A stretch of 64,000 bases of DNA from the human T2T-CHM13v2.0 reference genome, Homo sapiens. Positions 43,463 through 56,090 of this stretch are shown in pieces. The translations under genes and the position numbers were made by a program. The notes under the pieces are model-generated. The model ran no database searches, had not been told where the DNA came from, and saw nothing but the letters and a program-made list of their open reading frames with translations. The first letter of the stretch is position 1. Every line of letters begins with the position of its first letter. The stretch lies in assembly GCF_009914755.1 (NCBI RefSeq), contig NC_060930.1; one strand, 5' to 3'.

Positions 43463-44644
43463 GTAATTAGAATACTCCCATTGTTTGTTCATTCATCTAA
43501 TTTATTAGAAAGAATTTAAGAAGAACCTAATATATATCACTTCTTATAAAAGGTTCTGAGAAAGAAAAATATCAATGCCATTGCAATTTGATAATATTTA
43601 TTAGAGGTAATAGTTGAGGTAACAATGGGGTGTCTTTAAGAACTGGGAAATATGGTTTTCCTCTGAGAACTAAATTTTGATTCAGCATTAAATGCATTCA
43701 GGTTAAAAAGAGAAGTTACCACCGCAAGAATGGCTGCAAGGCTTCCAAGGCAGCCTGTGCCCTGATCACAATATTCACATATAAGAAGAAGACTGAAAAT
43801 CAGACTGCCAATCATCAAAAATCAAAATACTTCCAGGTGGTTGATAAGTAGTCATGATACCCAAACCCCCAGCACTGCTTCCCTCTCCCAGACACTCTGG
43901 AACTCCCCGCAATCCAGCAGTTGGCAGAACAGGGAGCCTCCAGCAGTGCCCCCTCCTGCTGGCATTCTGCTTGACTGGAGCCCATGACGTATGGGTTATT
44001 ATACATTTAGAATATCCTCCCTGAATCATCCACTCAAGTAGTTTAATCATTTATGTATCCTCAGAAAAGGCAGCATCTAAGAGGCACAGTGTGCCCAATA
44101 GAACATTTTCTAGGGTAGAGGGTACACTGCTATGCCCCCCATCATACACAAAAGGAGGCTGCAGACTTTGGGACCTTAAGATCTTTTAACAGTTAAATCC
44201 CATAGCATCTCCTGTTCTGATTTCAGGCTCACCAAGCTGGGTGGGCAGACACTGGCATGCACTAGGCTTACTAGTTACAGTTGCCATTGTGAATTAAGAT
44301 TGGCATTCTGGTTTTACAGGGTAGTCTCTTGAGAGCTCAGCCCCAGAGCAGGTTAGTGTGAGTGAGCATCCTCAAGTCCGAAGGCAGCCTCTCTACCCTG
44401 CTCAATTCTCCGTGGGGAATGCCACCCAGTTAGAGGTGGGAGGAGCCAGCCAGTCTCTCCAATTAACCCACTCTGCTTATACATGCTTATCCTTGGGAAT
44501 GTCTACTATCATCAGTAGTTATTGAACGTTAGTTTTCTACATTAATGCATCATGTCATTGTCTTTAAGCAGCGATGAAGCTTGTAACAGTTGTTTCTATC
44601 TTGTCTAAAGCTCATTTTAACATCAAGAAGCAATCCCTTACCTG

Positions 44645-44732
44645 CAGGGCTGGGACTAGAGTGAAGTGAGTAAGATGGTTAGGGTGCAAAATTTAAGGAG
44701 GCATTCACTCTCAGGGTCCTGCTAGTGCCCTG
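44645..44732. mobile_element. MER91-like hAT-Tip100 fragment
   Basis: cagggctgggactagagtga...gggtgcaaaatttaaggaggcattcactctcagg. Confidence 0.65.
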
Positions 44733-45416
44733 AGCCTATTTTAGGTCAGCGTTGTTGTGTCACCTGTATCTCCAGCTCCAGTGAAGAAGGGAAGAAAGTC
44801 ACTGGTGATGAAATCAGCTGAGCTTATGGAAGGTAAGCAGGAGAACCAAGTTCTTGACCTTTCTCTTTTCTCCTTTTTGTCACTAACATTCTTGAAAAAA
44901 TAATATGTTCTATACCAGCAGACTCTTCCTCCTTTTCCTATTCAAATTTTTTATCTATTTTCACCATTTTACAGAAATTGCTCTCACTAAGGTCACAATA
45001 TGCAAAATTTGATGGCCTCATTTTAGCTTTTTTCTAAATGGTATCTCCTCAGCTTTTGACATTGACCTTGGGAAAAGGTTTGTGTCTCGTTCACCATATT
45101 TTTATCAGCATCTATCACAGATCACAGCGATTGGCTCCTAGAAAGCACTAAGTACATTTTTATTGAAAAAATAAATAACTTATTTTATTGACAAAGGAAA
45201 GAAAATCATTCCTCTTTTGTTGTGTTCTTACAGCATTTTGTTCATGGGATCTTGTGCTGTCATTCATATTTACTCATCTGTGTTCCCAAGGATTGAGAGC
45301 AACAACTGTGTGTTGTAGTTCTTTGTATCCCAGCCTAACAAAGGGCCTGACATATAACAGGTGCTCGATAAAAGTTTGTGGAATAAATACAATTGGTGAC
45401 TAATGACACAATTATG

Positions 45417-46322
45417 ATGTTCTAGTTACTCCAATGATTTGTGATAAATCATTTCAAAATACAGTGGCTGATATGCTTGGGCTGTGTCTCCACCCAAATC
45501 TCATCTTGAATTGTAGCTCCCACAATTCCCACATGTTGTGCGAGGGATCTGGTGGGAGATAATTGAATTAGGGAGTGGTTTCCCCATACTGTTCTCATGG
45601 TAGTGAATAAGTCTCACGAGATCTGATGGTTTTATAAGGGGTTTGCCCTTTCACTTAGCTCTCATTCTCTCGTCTGCTGCCATGTAAGATGTGCCTTTTG
45701 CCTTCCACCATGATTGTGAAGTCTCACCAGCCACGTGGAACTGTGAGTCCACTAAACCTCTTTTTCTTTATAAATTACCCAGTCTCAGGTATGTCTTTAT
45801 CAGCAGCATGAAAATGGACTAATATAGTGGGTTAAAACAATAATCATTTATTTTCTCTCACTTTTTCTGTTGGTCAGGAATCTAGGAAGAGCTAGGCTGG
45901 ATAGCTCACACTGCTTAAGTGATGGAAGGGAGGGGCCATTGATGTGGTTGCAGGCAGATGTCAGTTAGAACTGCAGGAATCTGAAGGCTTGACTGGGGCT
46001 GCAGGGAGGATCCTCTTCCAAAGTGGCTTACTCTCACTGTCAGCAAGTTAGTGCTGTCTGTTGGCAGGGGAGCTCTGTCCCTCTCCTTGTGAGCCTCTCC
46101 ACAGGCCTGCTTGAGTGTCCTCATGACATGGCAACTGGCTTCCCCTAGAGTAAGCAATCCCAAGGTGGAAGCTGTGATGCCTTTTATGACCTAGCCTTAG
46201 AAGTTACATGCCGTTACATCTGCCACATTTTACTGGTCACATAGGACACGCATTCAGTATGGGAGGGGACTGAATATCAGGAAGTGAAGATCATTAGGGC
46301 TGACTTGGAAACTGGGTACAAC
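45417..46322 (-). mobile_element. MLT1 (MaLR) LTR interrupted by THE1
   Basis: ttaaaacaataatcattt...ggtcaggaatctaggaagagc...cttgagtgtcctcatgacatggcaactggcttccc...cttttatgacctagccttag. Confidence 0.75.
45469..45826 (+). mobile_element. THE1 (THE1B/C-like) solo LTR
   Basis: tgatatg...cacccaaatctcatcttgaattgtagctccc...gtgaataagtctcacgagatctgatgg...aaatggactaata; near-TSD gtggc/gtggg. Confidence 0.9.
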
Positions 46323-48489
46323 AGATGATTGGCCATGAAAGAAAAGTTTTGAATTAAGGCAAATCTATTCTCCAGGCACACTTCTAAAGGTAATTGTAAG
46401 CTATGAAGCCTGGAAGAAACAATTGTTGCTTGATAGGATGTCCCCTATCTTTGAAGAGATGGGCATCTGGATTAATTGTATTTCTCCCTGACACCTATAG
46501 CCATACCTCAGTTCTCTCCTAATGAAGTTGCTGACAGTCTATAAGGAATTAGTCTTTACCCATCCCCAAAACAGCACACCCATCTCATGGAAGGCCAGAC
46601 CAGAGTCTGGGGTTGGTTTAGGCTTAAGCAGCCTGGACTTTTCTTTGGGCAGGAACATGATTTGGTTCCTCTGGTGCACTGAGACTGCAATTAGGTTTTA
46701 GGATAAAGTGCCAAATGCATCTACCGGTATCCCCTGTGGTATGTCCCAAGACCCAGTGACAGCAGGACTTCTGGTTGTGATGTATCCTCAGAATCATCTG
46801 CACTCAGAGGAGCCTGGAGGAAACCCATCCCTGCCAACTGCCCTTGGGGTCCTTTTATAAGATAAAGAGAAGGCAGAAACTCCAAGGAAGGCTGCAGGAA
46901 ACCCATTAAGAATCACATATTCCTTGGCTACAGATTTAATGACAAGTGCCCTTCTGAGCCAGGGGAGAGTCCAGTGTGTTTACTCATCCATTTTTTATTC
47001 CGTTACTTGTAATGCTTCAGAACAGATAAATTTCAAGGATCAAGAATAAAAATTAAATAAAATAGGAATACATACTCAATATAATAATTGGGAAAAAAAG
47101 ATTGTGGAATACATATCTATTTTTATTCAGGGAAAATAAGCAATAATTTTGGAGGGTAGGGGCAAAATTTCTTCTTTCTTTTCTTTTTTGAAGTCAAATA
47201 TGTTATATCTCATAGTATTTATACTATTTTTTATATCAAAATATGGTCTAAATGCTGCTGAATTATCCAAATAAGAACTCTAAACATTGTATTTGAACAC
47301 GTCATTATTTTTAAAATTTAAATATGGCCCTATTTTTAGTCTACAGGCTGAATTTATGCAAATGATGATTAACTGAATTCTTATATTAATTTCAACTTAG
47401 CTCCACTGATATGTTATTATGCACTAATTCAACACTCATACATTCTATGGACCTTTTACCTTTGCTTTATTAACAACTTTAGTGCGATTGGTAAAAAAAA
47501 GTCTTTAAGCTGTGAAAATACTCAGTATCAGTTATGAGTTTAGAGTTGGCCTTTGAATTGTAAACTATTTCTTAGGAATAAATTAGTTCTGTAAAGTTAA
47601 ACATTCTCTTTCAGCAAACCATAATGCATGAATTCTAGAATGTACAAGTTTTTACATTTAAATATCTCTGAAATAAGATGCATTTGAGAATAAATGATTC
47701 TTAGGTTCCATGAAATGCAATACGTTATTGCTTTGGTGTATTAGCAATGCTCCAGTGGCCTGGAAAAGGCTGCAAAGGCACCTGACACATGCAGCCAGGT
47801 CCGTCATCTACTTCCTATCTGTTACTTTACCAAGAAATAATAAAACCAACAAAAAGAACTACCAGAAATAATGAAAACAGGGTTGCTTTTGATGAAAGAG
47901 GCTAAAGATTGGTTTTTGAAAAATGAACCAATATCCAAAAACCTTAAATCAAATGCCCTGGCCTGCTTTGTCCCTTACACACCTCACGCACCTGTTCTCT
48001 GGCCACTCTGGCCGTAGGGGCTAATCTTGTTCTTGCCTGGGGCCTTTGTCCATGCCAATATCTTTGCCAGGAATGCTCTTCTCTCTGCTCTTTGTCAGGC
48101 TAATTTCTCTCCTGTCTTTCATTTCTTCCCTTATATGTCACCTCCCCAGAGAAATTCTCTGACTCCCAGAGTAAAGCCAAAACCCCATGATCTCACTTTG
48201 CCTGCATTATACTTACAATTTGTAATTATTATTATTTTTGAATGTATTAATTGCTGTCTTCCTTAATATATTCCTGACCCTAGGTCAGGAGCTCTCCCTA
48301 GGGCAAGGTGGCTTCCCATGATGGATGCTGATGAAAAAAATTAAGTGAGAATAACAAAAATGAATGAACGAACAAACAAATAAACAACCCCAGCAGTACA
48401 CACACAACATATCCTGCTATTTTTTGATACATTTGATATACAAGATTTGGAAGACCACACGGGTTCAGAAGAGTCTTGGCAGCAGTTTA

Positions 48490-48897
<408 letters not shown>

Positions 48898-50544
48898 TCA
48901 GTTTAGTTGAAATTAGACGTATGTGTGTTTATTTCTGTATCCCATTTAAAACAACCTTGAAAGCTTTGTTTTTGGTATACAGGAATTGCTTTAATTGCTG
49001 GTCATTTCTTTGAGAAGAATAAGAAGAAAGAATATTAAGGAAGAGGTAATGGACAGCAGAGATATTTTTGCAACAAGCCTTAGAAAGATAAAAGAAACAT
49101 GCAGAAAAACACTGAATTGCACAATTGCATTGTCCAAAAAGAAAGAAAGATTTTTGTAAGAGGGGCTATGGTGATGTTAGTGGTTGGCAAGGATACAGGA
49201 GAAGATATCTCAGAATCATACAAAAAGTATAGAATATTTGCAGGGAGGAAGGAGGAAAAAATATTTTGTTTTCATAAATTATAACCTATTATAAACTCCT
49301 ACCTTAAGGAAGGAAGATCCTGGGAAATTTCCAGCAAGTCTTGTCTGGTCAGGAACTCTATGTGAGGTTGTACATGCTGTGTCCTGCATGAAGAGTTCAG
49401 TTAAGGTGGTGGGAGGGAACTCCAGTTCAGGCCCTGCTCACTAAGCCCTGGAGCAAAGGTGTCTTATTCTCAAGAACACAAAGTTCTCATGGGTGCTAGC
49501 AGAGGCCCTTGGCTACAGTCAATGGAAAATAATATTACAGCATGTTACTACTAATTTCAGATGTTTCTTTAGAGAGCCATCTTTATTATTTTTAATTTTT
49601 AAAATAATACTATTTTTTTTTCCTCCAAAGATTTCAGGTTCCTGTGAGGTACTGAGGAGTTAACTCCTGAGGTTGGGGAAAATGGCCCTTGATCTGCCCT
49701 TTCCTTTTATTTGAAAGACTCTCAAATTATGTAATAATAAACCTTTGTTAATGTCCCTAAAACAGGATTGACTATAAAAGACAATTCAAGATATGCCAGA
49801 TACATTTGGGTTTCATCCAAAAAAGTTTAGTTCCTGAAGCACCAGTTTCTTTGTCCTTTGTAAAATGGCCTCACCCTTAAAGGATTTCATAACGAAGTTG
49901 AAAACAGAGTTATATTGAAGCATGGCTATAGCATCTGCTTAATTTAGAGCAGATTCTATTTACAGGGAGTCAGAAACTATATTATAGTCCATTGTGATAA
50001 TAGTTTCTCCTTGTTCCATACATGTGTATATTACTGTTGAATTATATGTTCTTTAAAGACATATTGAATGAATCATCATTACAGCTAACATATATTGATA
50101 AATTAATAGATGCCTGGCACTGAGCTAAGTGATGATTTTTATATGAAGCAAAGGTACCCTTCTTTACTGTTGATGCAGGAATGTTAAATACTCTGCAAGG
50201 CAGGGATAATGAAAAAAGTTTAGGTATTCGAGAAGGATAATTCCTGTGTATAGAAGCTTGGGATGACAGAACTTCAGCATTAACTTGTAAAAATAACACA
50301 TAGATTGGGCACAATGTGGTCGTGCTTATTGCTCTAAACTTAAAATTGATTAAATATTATATAAGGTTGGTGTTACGCTTCATGTAAAATTATGTTCTTT
50401 AGAAAATATATTGCAAAATCTGGCATATCACCTATGGTCCTATAAAAATTGACACATTTTTCAAAAGGTGGTGTAAAAGGGAAGGATTTAATTGCAGTAG
50501 TTACTTAAATGTTTATATGCACAAACACAGATACTTCTCACCAT

Positions 50545-51104
50545 TCCATCATCTACTGATGTATAACAAACTACTACAAAATTTAGTGACCTAAAGCAAC
50601 AGCCATTTTATTGCATTTCACTCTTCTGTGGGTCAGAAATCTGAGCAGGGCTTTGCTGGGTAGTCCCTTTATTCCAAGTAGGGTCGATGGAGGTCACTGA
50701 AAGGTATTCAGATGGTGGATGGGTTGGTCTGGAGGATTCAATAAAAAAAAAAAAACAAAAACGTGGAATCCAGCAGGGGATACTGGAAGGTAGGCCTCAG
50801 CTGGTACCATGACCAGAGGATGACCAGAGGCCACACACAAGTGGCCTTTCTAGGAGTATGGCAGTCTCAAGCTAGCTGAACTTTTTACATGGCAGCATGG
50901 GGCTAACAGAGAGAATATTCCAAGAGACCCAGTGGAAAATGCAAGGTTCCTTATGGCTTAACTTAGAAAATCCTGGACTATCACTTCTTTCATATTCTAT
51001 AGTTAAGCAAGTCACTGAGGCCAGCTCCTTCAAGAGTAAGGAATAAGACTACTTCTCAATGGGAAGAGAGCAAAGAACATGTGGCCAACTTTAATCTACA
51101 TACA
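50545..51104 (-). mobile_element. MLT1 (H-like) MaLR LTR
   Basis: taacaaactactacaaaatttagtgacctaaagcaac...tctgtgggtcagaaatctgagcagggc...aagcaagtcactgaggccagc. Confidence 0.7.
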
Positions 51105-51316
51105 CCTAAACCAACAGATGGAGCGCCTGGGACACAACAACTATCCTTAGACTTTCCACATCAACAATCTCGGAACACTTAAGGCTGGATGGACAATATC
51201 TACTTCTGCAATGTGTTCCGGTCTTCTACCAACGGAAAATCGAATTCCCAGCTTTGAGCAGTTGGATTCCTGTGGTATGTGGCTGCCCCACATCTTCTTC
51301 TGCTAAGCCATTATAA

Positions 51317-51631
<315 letters not shown>

Positions 51632-52213
51632 CCAAAAGTCTTTTTGTGCACCCCGTGTCTATTTCTTATTAGTTTCAGAGCTTTTCCCAGTCATAGGATC
51701 ACAGAAGGTCAGAGCTGGAAGGGCTCCCAGAGATCTGGTTTCATTTTACAAATGAGGAAGTTTAGGTTCATGTGACCTACTTAAAGTCAGAAACTGATTA
51801 GTGACAGAGCTACAGCCTAGATGTCTTGTTGCAGTGCATGAAGAGCTTAGGTAATCCTGATTTACCCATGGAATAGGCAGCTGGTTTACCTGATTCTTCC
51901 CTTAGAAACAGTCCATCTAACATGATTTGGCTTCCTACTTCATCATGAAACATTTGAAAAGAAACTATTCATTCCAAGTTCAACAGTTTAATCTTCAAAT
52001 ATCTAGCTCATCTTTCTTAGTCCATATTTAACAAATGTTTACTGAGCATCCACCAAGTTGACAGCACTGTAAATACAGACACACTTTCAGACGGGGGCTG
52101 CCTGCAAAGAGGCTTCCCTTCTAGTTAGAAAGCCAGAAGACACATTTTACAACAGTCACTTTTCTCTGGGTCACATATTTGATAATACTACCTTATCTTT
52201 ACGTACTTCTATA

Positions 52214-52440
52214 GGCTTATGCCTGTAATCCCAGCTATTGGGAGGCTGAGGCAGGAGAATTGCTTGAAACCAGGAGGCGGAGGTTGCAGTGAGCCGAGAT
52301 CGCGCCTCTGCACTGCAGCCTGGGCAACAGAGGGAGACTCTGTCTCAAAAAGAAAGAAAAGAAAGAACAGAACAACAGAACAGAACAGAACAGAACAGAA
52401 CAGAACAGAACAGAACAGAACAGAACAGAAAAAAGAAAGA
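52214..52440 (+). mobile_element. Alu right-arm fragment whose tail has become an (AGAAC)n pentanucleotide microsatellite
   Basis: gcctgtaatcccagctattgggaggctgaggcaggagaat...; (CAGAA)n at ~52365-52430. Confidence 0.9.
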
Positions 52441-53298
52441 ACTTCCCTAACACAGTTCTCCCTCCTCCTTTCATTTGCAGAACAGACCACAGGGCCGAGG
52501 CTTCTTCCATTAGAAACAGCCCATCTGTTCTACTGATTCTGAGATTTTTGCCTACACGGAGCACCAATTTGTAGTGGGTGTAAGGTTACCCGCAAATCAA
52601 TGTGATGGTCCAGTTGTTACTGTTCCTTTTGTTTCACGAGCGATTGCTCATTAGATGAGGTGACTGATAGCTCTGACTTTTTCTAGACCACAAGGACTCT
52701 AGGTGGCTGCCCTAAGTACAGTTGTGGCAGCTGGGATTTCCTGTTTATATGGTGCCCGGCACCATCAGCTTTTGTCCTCTGCTGCAGCTAAAGTGTCTTC
52801 CTCCTGGACCAGGGAGAGGGGGAGGGGGTGTGGACAGGACCCGCCTGCTGACGGTGACACCTCTTCGACACCACGTCCACGCCAGTCCTCAGCTCCAGGA
52901 GCTGGGCGGGATCCCTCATCCCGCTCAGCTGGGAGATGCCCCGGGAGGGCGTCCCCCGGCTCCGGGCGGCGAGGGTAGTAGCCGACCCCAATCCACTCCG
53001 GGGGCCGCCGGGGGCCGCGTGAAGGCAGGTGTTCCGGGGAGAAACGTGGAAGGGAGGCGCGGCCTGGGGCCGGTGGCGCTCGGCTGGGGGCCGCAGTTGG
53101 CTCCCCTGGGGGCTCTGGGCGGCGGCAGCTCCCGCCTGTGGGGAGGAGAAGGAGCCGGATGGGCGGGTTCAGGCGCGCGCGGCGGCGGTCCCGGGGCCGC
53201 CGGCTCCTCCCCGCGAGGGTGCCTGTCCGCCGCTCGCCGCGCTGAGGCAGTGCGGGGCGGGCGCGCCTAGGCTGCCGCCCAGCGCCCTCGCCGCGGCC

Positions 53299-53313
53299 AT
53301 GCCCGGGCCCTAG
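53299..53313 (+). promoter_or_regulatory. Upstream ORF (M-P-G-P-stop) in the likely 5'UTR
   Basis: gcggccATGcccgggcccTAG, ending 61 nt before the main ATG. Confidence 0.55.
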
Positions 53314-53374
53314 AGCGCCTGCCGCAGCTTGCGCCCCGCAGCCCCGCAGCCCCGCGCCCGCCGCCGCCTCTTCA

Positions 53375-53608
53375 ATGGGCAACCTGCTCGGCGGGGTCAG
53401 CTTCCGCGAGCCCACCACCGTGGAGGACTGCGACTCCACCTGGCAGACCGACTCGGAGCCCGAGCCCGAAGAACCAGGGCCGGGCGGCGGCAGCGAGGGC
53501 CCGGGGCAGGAGTCCGAGCAGCCCGCGCAGCCCCCGGAGCAAGCCGGCGGGCGGCCCGGCGCCAGCCCCGCGCCGGACGAGGACGCCGAGGCGGCGGGCG
53601 CCGAGCAG
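53375..53608 (+). CDS. OGFRL1: OGFRL1 (opioid growth factor receptor-like 1) coding exon 1
   Basis: MGNLLGGVSFREPTTVEDCDSTWQTDSEPEPEEPG...AAGAEQ (78 codons); donor CAG|GTACGC, phase 0. Confidence 0.96.
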
Positions 53609-53983
53609 GTACGCGGCCCAGCGGTGGCCTCGGGTCGGGCTGGGGCGCCCCGACACCCCAGAGGGGCAAGTGCCAAGCCGCCCTCGCGCTCGGAGGCCAG
53701 GGGCGCCAGGTGGCTGCTCGCCGCTGCGACCCGACCCCTCCGCGCCGCGGCTGACCTGTCTCCCGGTGGAGCCCGGGGGCCTGCAGGAGCCCAAAGCGCC
53801 GGACCCTCCCACTGCCGGCCTGGGGCCTGGCCGAGGGCACGGCGAGGAAGTCCCTCAAGGCAGAACCCAACTTGAATGGGTGTTTTCTTTGCCTCTGCAG
53901 AGCAGCTGGATTATGCGAAGGTGGGGTGGGAGGAACCTGTCTAAAAATAGAGGATTTTGACAACCCCTCTAGTGTGTGTTATT

Positions 53984-53986
<3 letters not shown>

Positions 53987-54017
<31 letters not shown>
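53987..54017 (+). repeat. Poly(A)31 tract in intron 1
   Basis: Direct count. Confidence 0.95.
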
Positions 54018-54019
<2 letters not shown>

Positions 54020-55219
54020 ACTCAGAATAAGGTGGGGCTACAAGTGCAAGCAGCCAGCGCTCTCCCCTACAGTGGGGTCTAAGCCGTCAGAAGTGTAGGC
54101 CCTCATCTGAAGTTCATACGTCACTGTTCTGCCCAACGCAGGCCTTTCAACCTAGGATTCAGGGCATTCTTCACGAATCTTATTTCACCAGAAGACTTGT
54201 TGATCCAACTGTGTTTGAACTGTTTGACTAATACAGCTTGGAGGAGAGGTTAGTCAAGAGATAAGCCCCTTAACCTCTGATGGACTGAAAATAATCAGGA
54301 ACTTTAAAAAGGAGGAAATATGTAGCCGACCCCCTGAAGAAGTGTGCATCCTGGAGGTGGTTCAGGTTTGCCGCTCCACATTAGGCCCTTCTCTTTATCA
54401 GCTAGGGGCGATGGAGATTGGGAAAATGGAGCCCAAAGTCCAATGTGACCACAGGGTTTTGGGGGAATCATAACCTAAATATTACAGCTAACACCGCCTC
54501 AGCCATCTTGATGATCAATTCTATTTAGGTAAGGAGGAAATCATAAAGTCTTAGTGCAGGCTCTGTGTTAAACGTGTTATTTAAATGAACTACAATTTTG
54601 GGGTGGGTGTTTGCTGTGTGGTCTCCATTTTAGAGAAAACTGAGGCTTAGAGAGAAAGGAAAACTTGCCCAAGATCACTGAGGGAGAGGATGATGCAAAC
54701 CCAAGTCTATCTATCACTGATATCAGCGCCTTGGACCTGTGGAATTCTGAATTTCCATCTGCCCCTGTGTCTGGTTTGCCGCTGTTGTTTTGCATTGCTA
54801 ATTCAATCTTATTAAATTATTAGATGCTGCATTCTCATGTTTTTCCCTTACGTTTGTCTCCCAATTAAGTAACCTCCTACAGAAATTTGGAATATCAAAA
54901 AACACCAGCTAAGATTCAATCCAACTAACCAGGTCCATCTATATAAAACATTTTAATAATGTTCAGTCAGTTAACTGCAACCCCAGTAACTAGTAGACTA
55001 CACCAGCCCTCCCTATTCCCTTTTAATGATTAATTTTTCTTGTTAGTATCACCATCTGACTTCCCCAAAAAATCTGCTTTTCAATTTTGCCTTTTGACTG
55101 CCAACCCTATTTGTTGTCTATTCCTCAGAGTCAATCCACTTGCAGGTAATACTGGAGCTACTTTTAAAGCGTATCCCAGACTGACTCCTTCACACCACTT
55201 CCATTGCATCATCCTAGTC

Positions 55220-56090
55220 CCTCTGAATACTGAACAAATGATGGTGACATTAACCAAGACAGGGAAGTCTAGGGAGAATGCAGCTATGGAGGTTAAATCA
55301 ACGATTCTCTTGAGTTTGATATCCTATTACACATCCAAGTAGAGTTGTTGGGTAGTTAATCATTTGTTGGGTAGTTAAATTACATCTATGAATGGAGACA
55401 GTCCAGGACTAGAGTCCTCAGCATCTGAGATCAATGGTATTTAAAGGCATGGGAAGATAAGGGGTTATCAAGGAGTGATGACGACTGAGGACCTTAGGCA
55501 CCCCTCCATTTAGAGGGTATGAAGAGGAGGAGGAGCCAAAAAAGGAGGCTGACAAGGGGAGCCCAATGAGACAGAAAGTAAACTAAGAAAGTTATAGTAG
55601 CCTGTAAGCCAAATACTGACAGTGTTTCAGGAAGGAGGGATGCTTTAATTGGCCCAGTTCTGTTGGGAGGTCACCTGAGGTGAACACTAAGAAATGGTTT
55701 GGCAAGATGGAGACTTATTGGTGAAGTTCACAAGAACTATTTTGTTGGAGTGCTGAGGACAAAAGCCTGATTGAGGTGGGTCAGGGGAAAATGGGGAAAG
55801 AAAAGAAGGAAACAAAGTATGGGCAATTCTTTGGTGGTGATTTGCTATAAAAAAGGAGTAGATATATGGATCTGTAATTGATGGTAGGCTTGGGTCAAGG
55901 AATGTTTTGTATGTTTATTTTAAGATTAAAGATACTACAGCATGTTTGTTTGAGATCGAGAAGAGAGGGAAATTTTGATGATCCAGGAAAGAGGAACAAT
56001 ATTGAACAACAGAATCCTTGTCTGAGCAGGTGAAAGGGGTCTGGGTAGAGAGTCCAAAGGGAATAGGGGTTGGAAGAGCAGGAGCAGATG
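55220..56090 (-). mobile_element. L2 fragments in intron 1
   Basis: gatggtgacattaaccaagacaggg...gagtttga...gactgaggaccttaggcacccctccatttagaggg...tttcaggaaggaggg. Confidence 0.65.

Larger units (their letters stand above)
52830..53870 (+). promoter_or_regulatory. OGFRL1: CpG-island promoter of OGFRL1
   Basis: Very high GC and CpG density spanning exon 1; GC box GGGGCGGG ~53254; no TATA box seen. Confidence 0.9.

Noticed and set aside
53609-53875. Extension of the exon-1 ORF to 166 aa
   Set aside because: Intron read-through past the donor at 53608; the spliced frame continues correctly into exon 2.
52703-53963. Long overlapping ORFs on both strands (e.g. 303 aa at 52765-53676 minus)
   Set aside because: Expected stop-codon scarcity in a CpG island; low-complexity G/P/A/R peptides with no recognisable domain.
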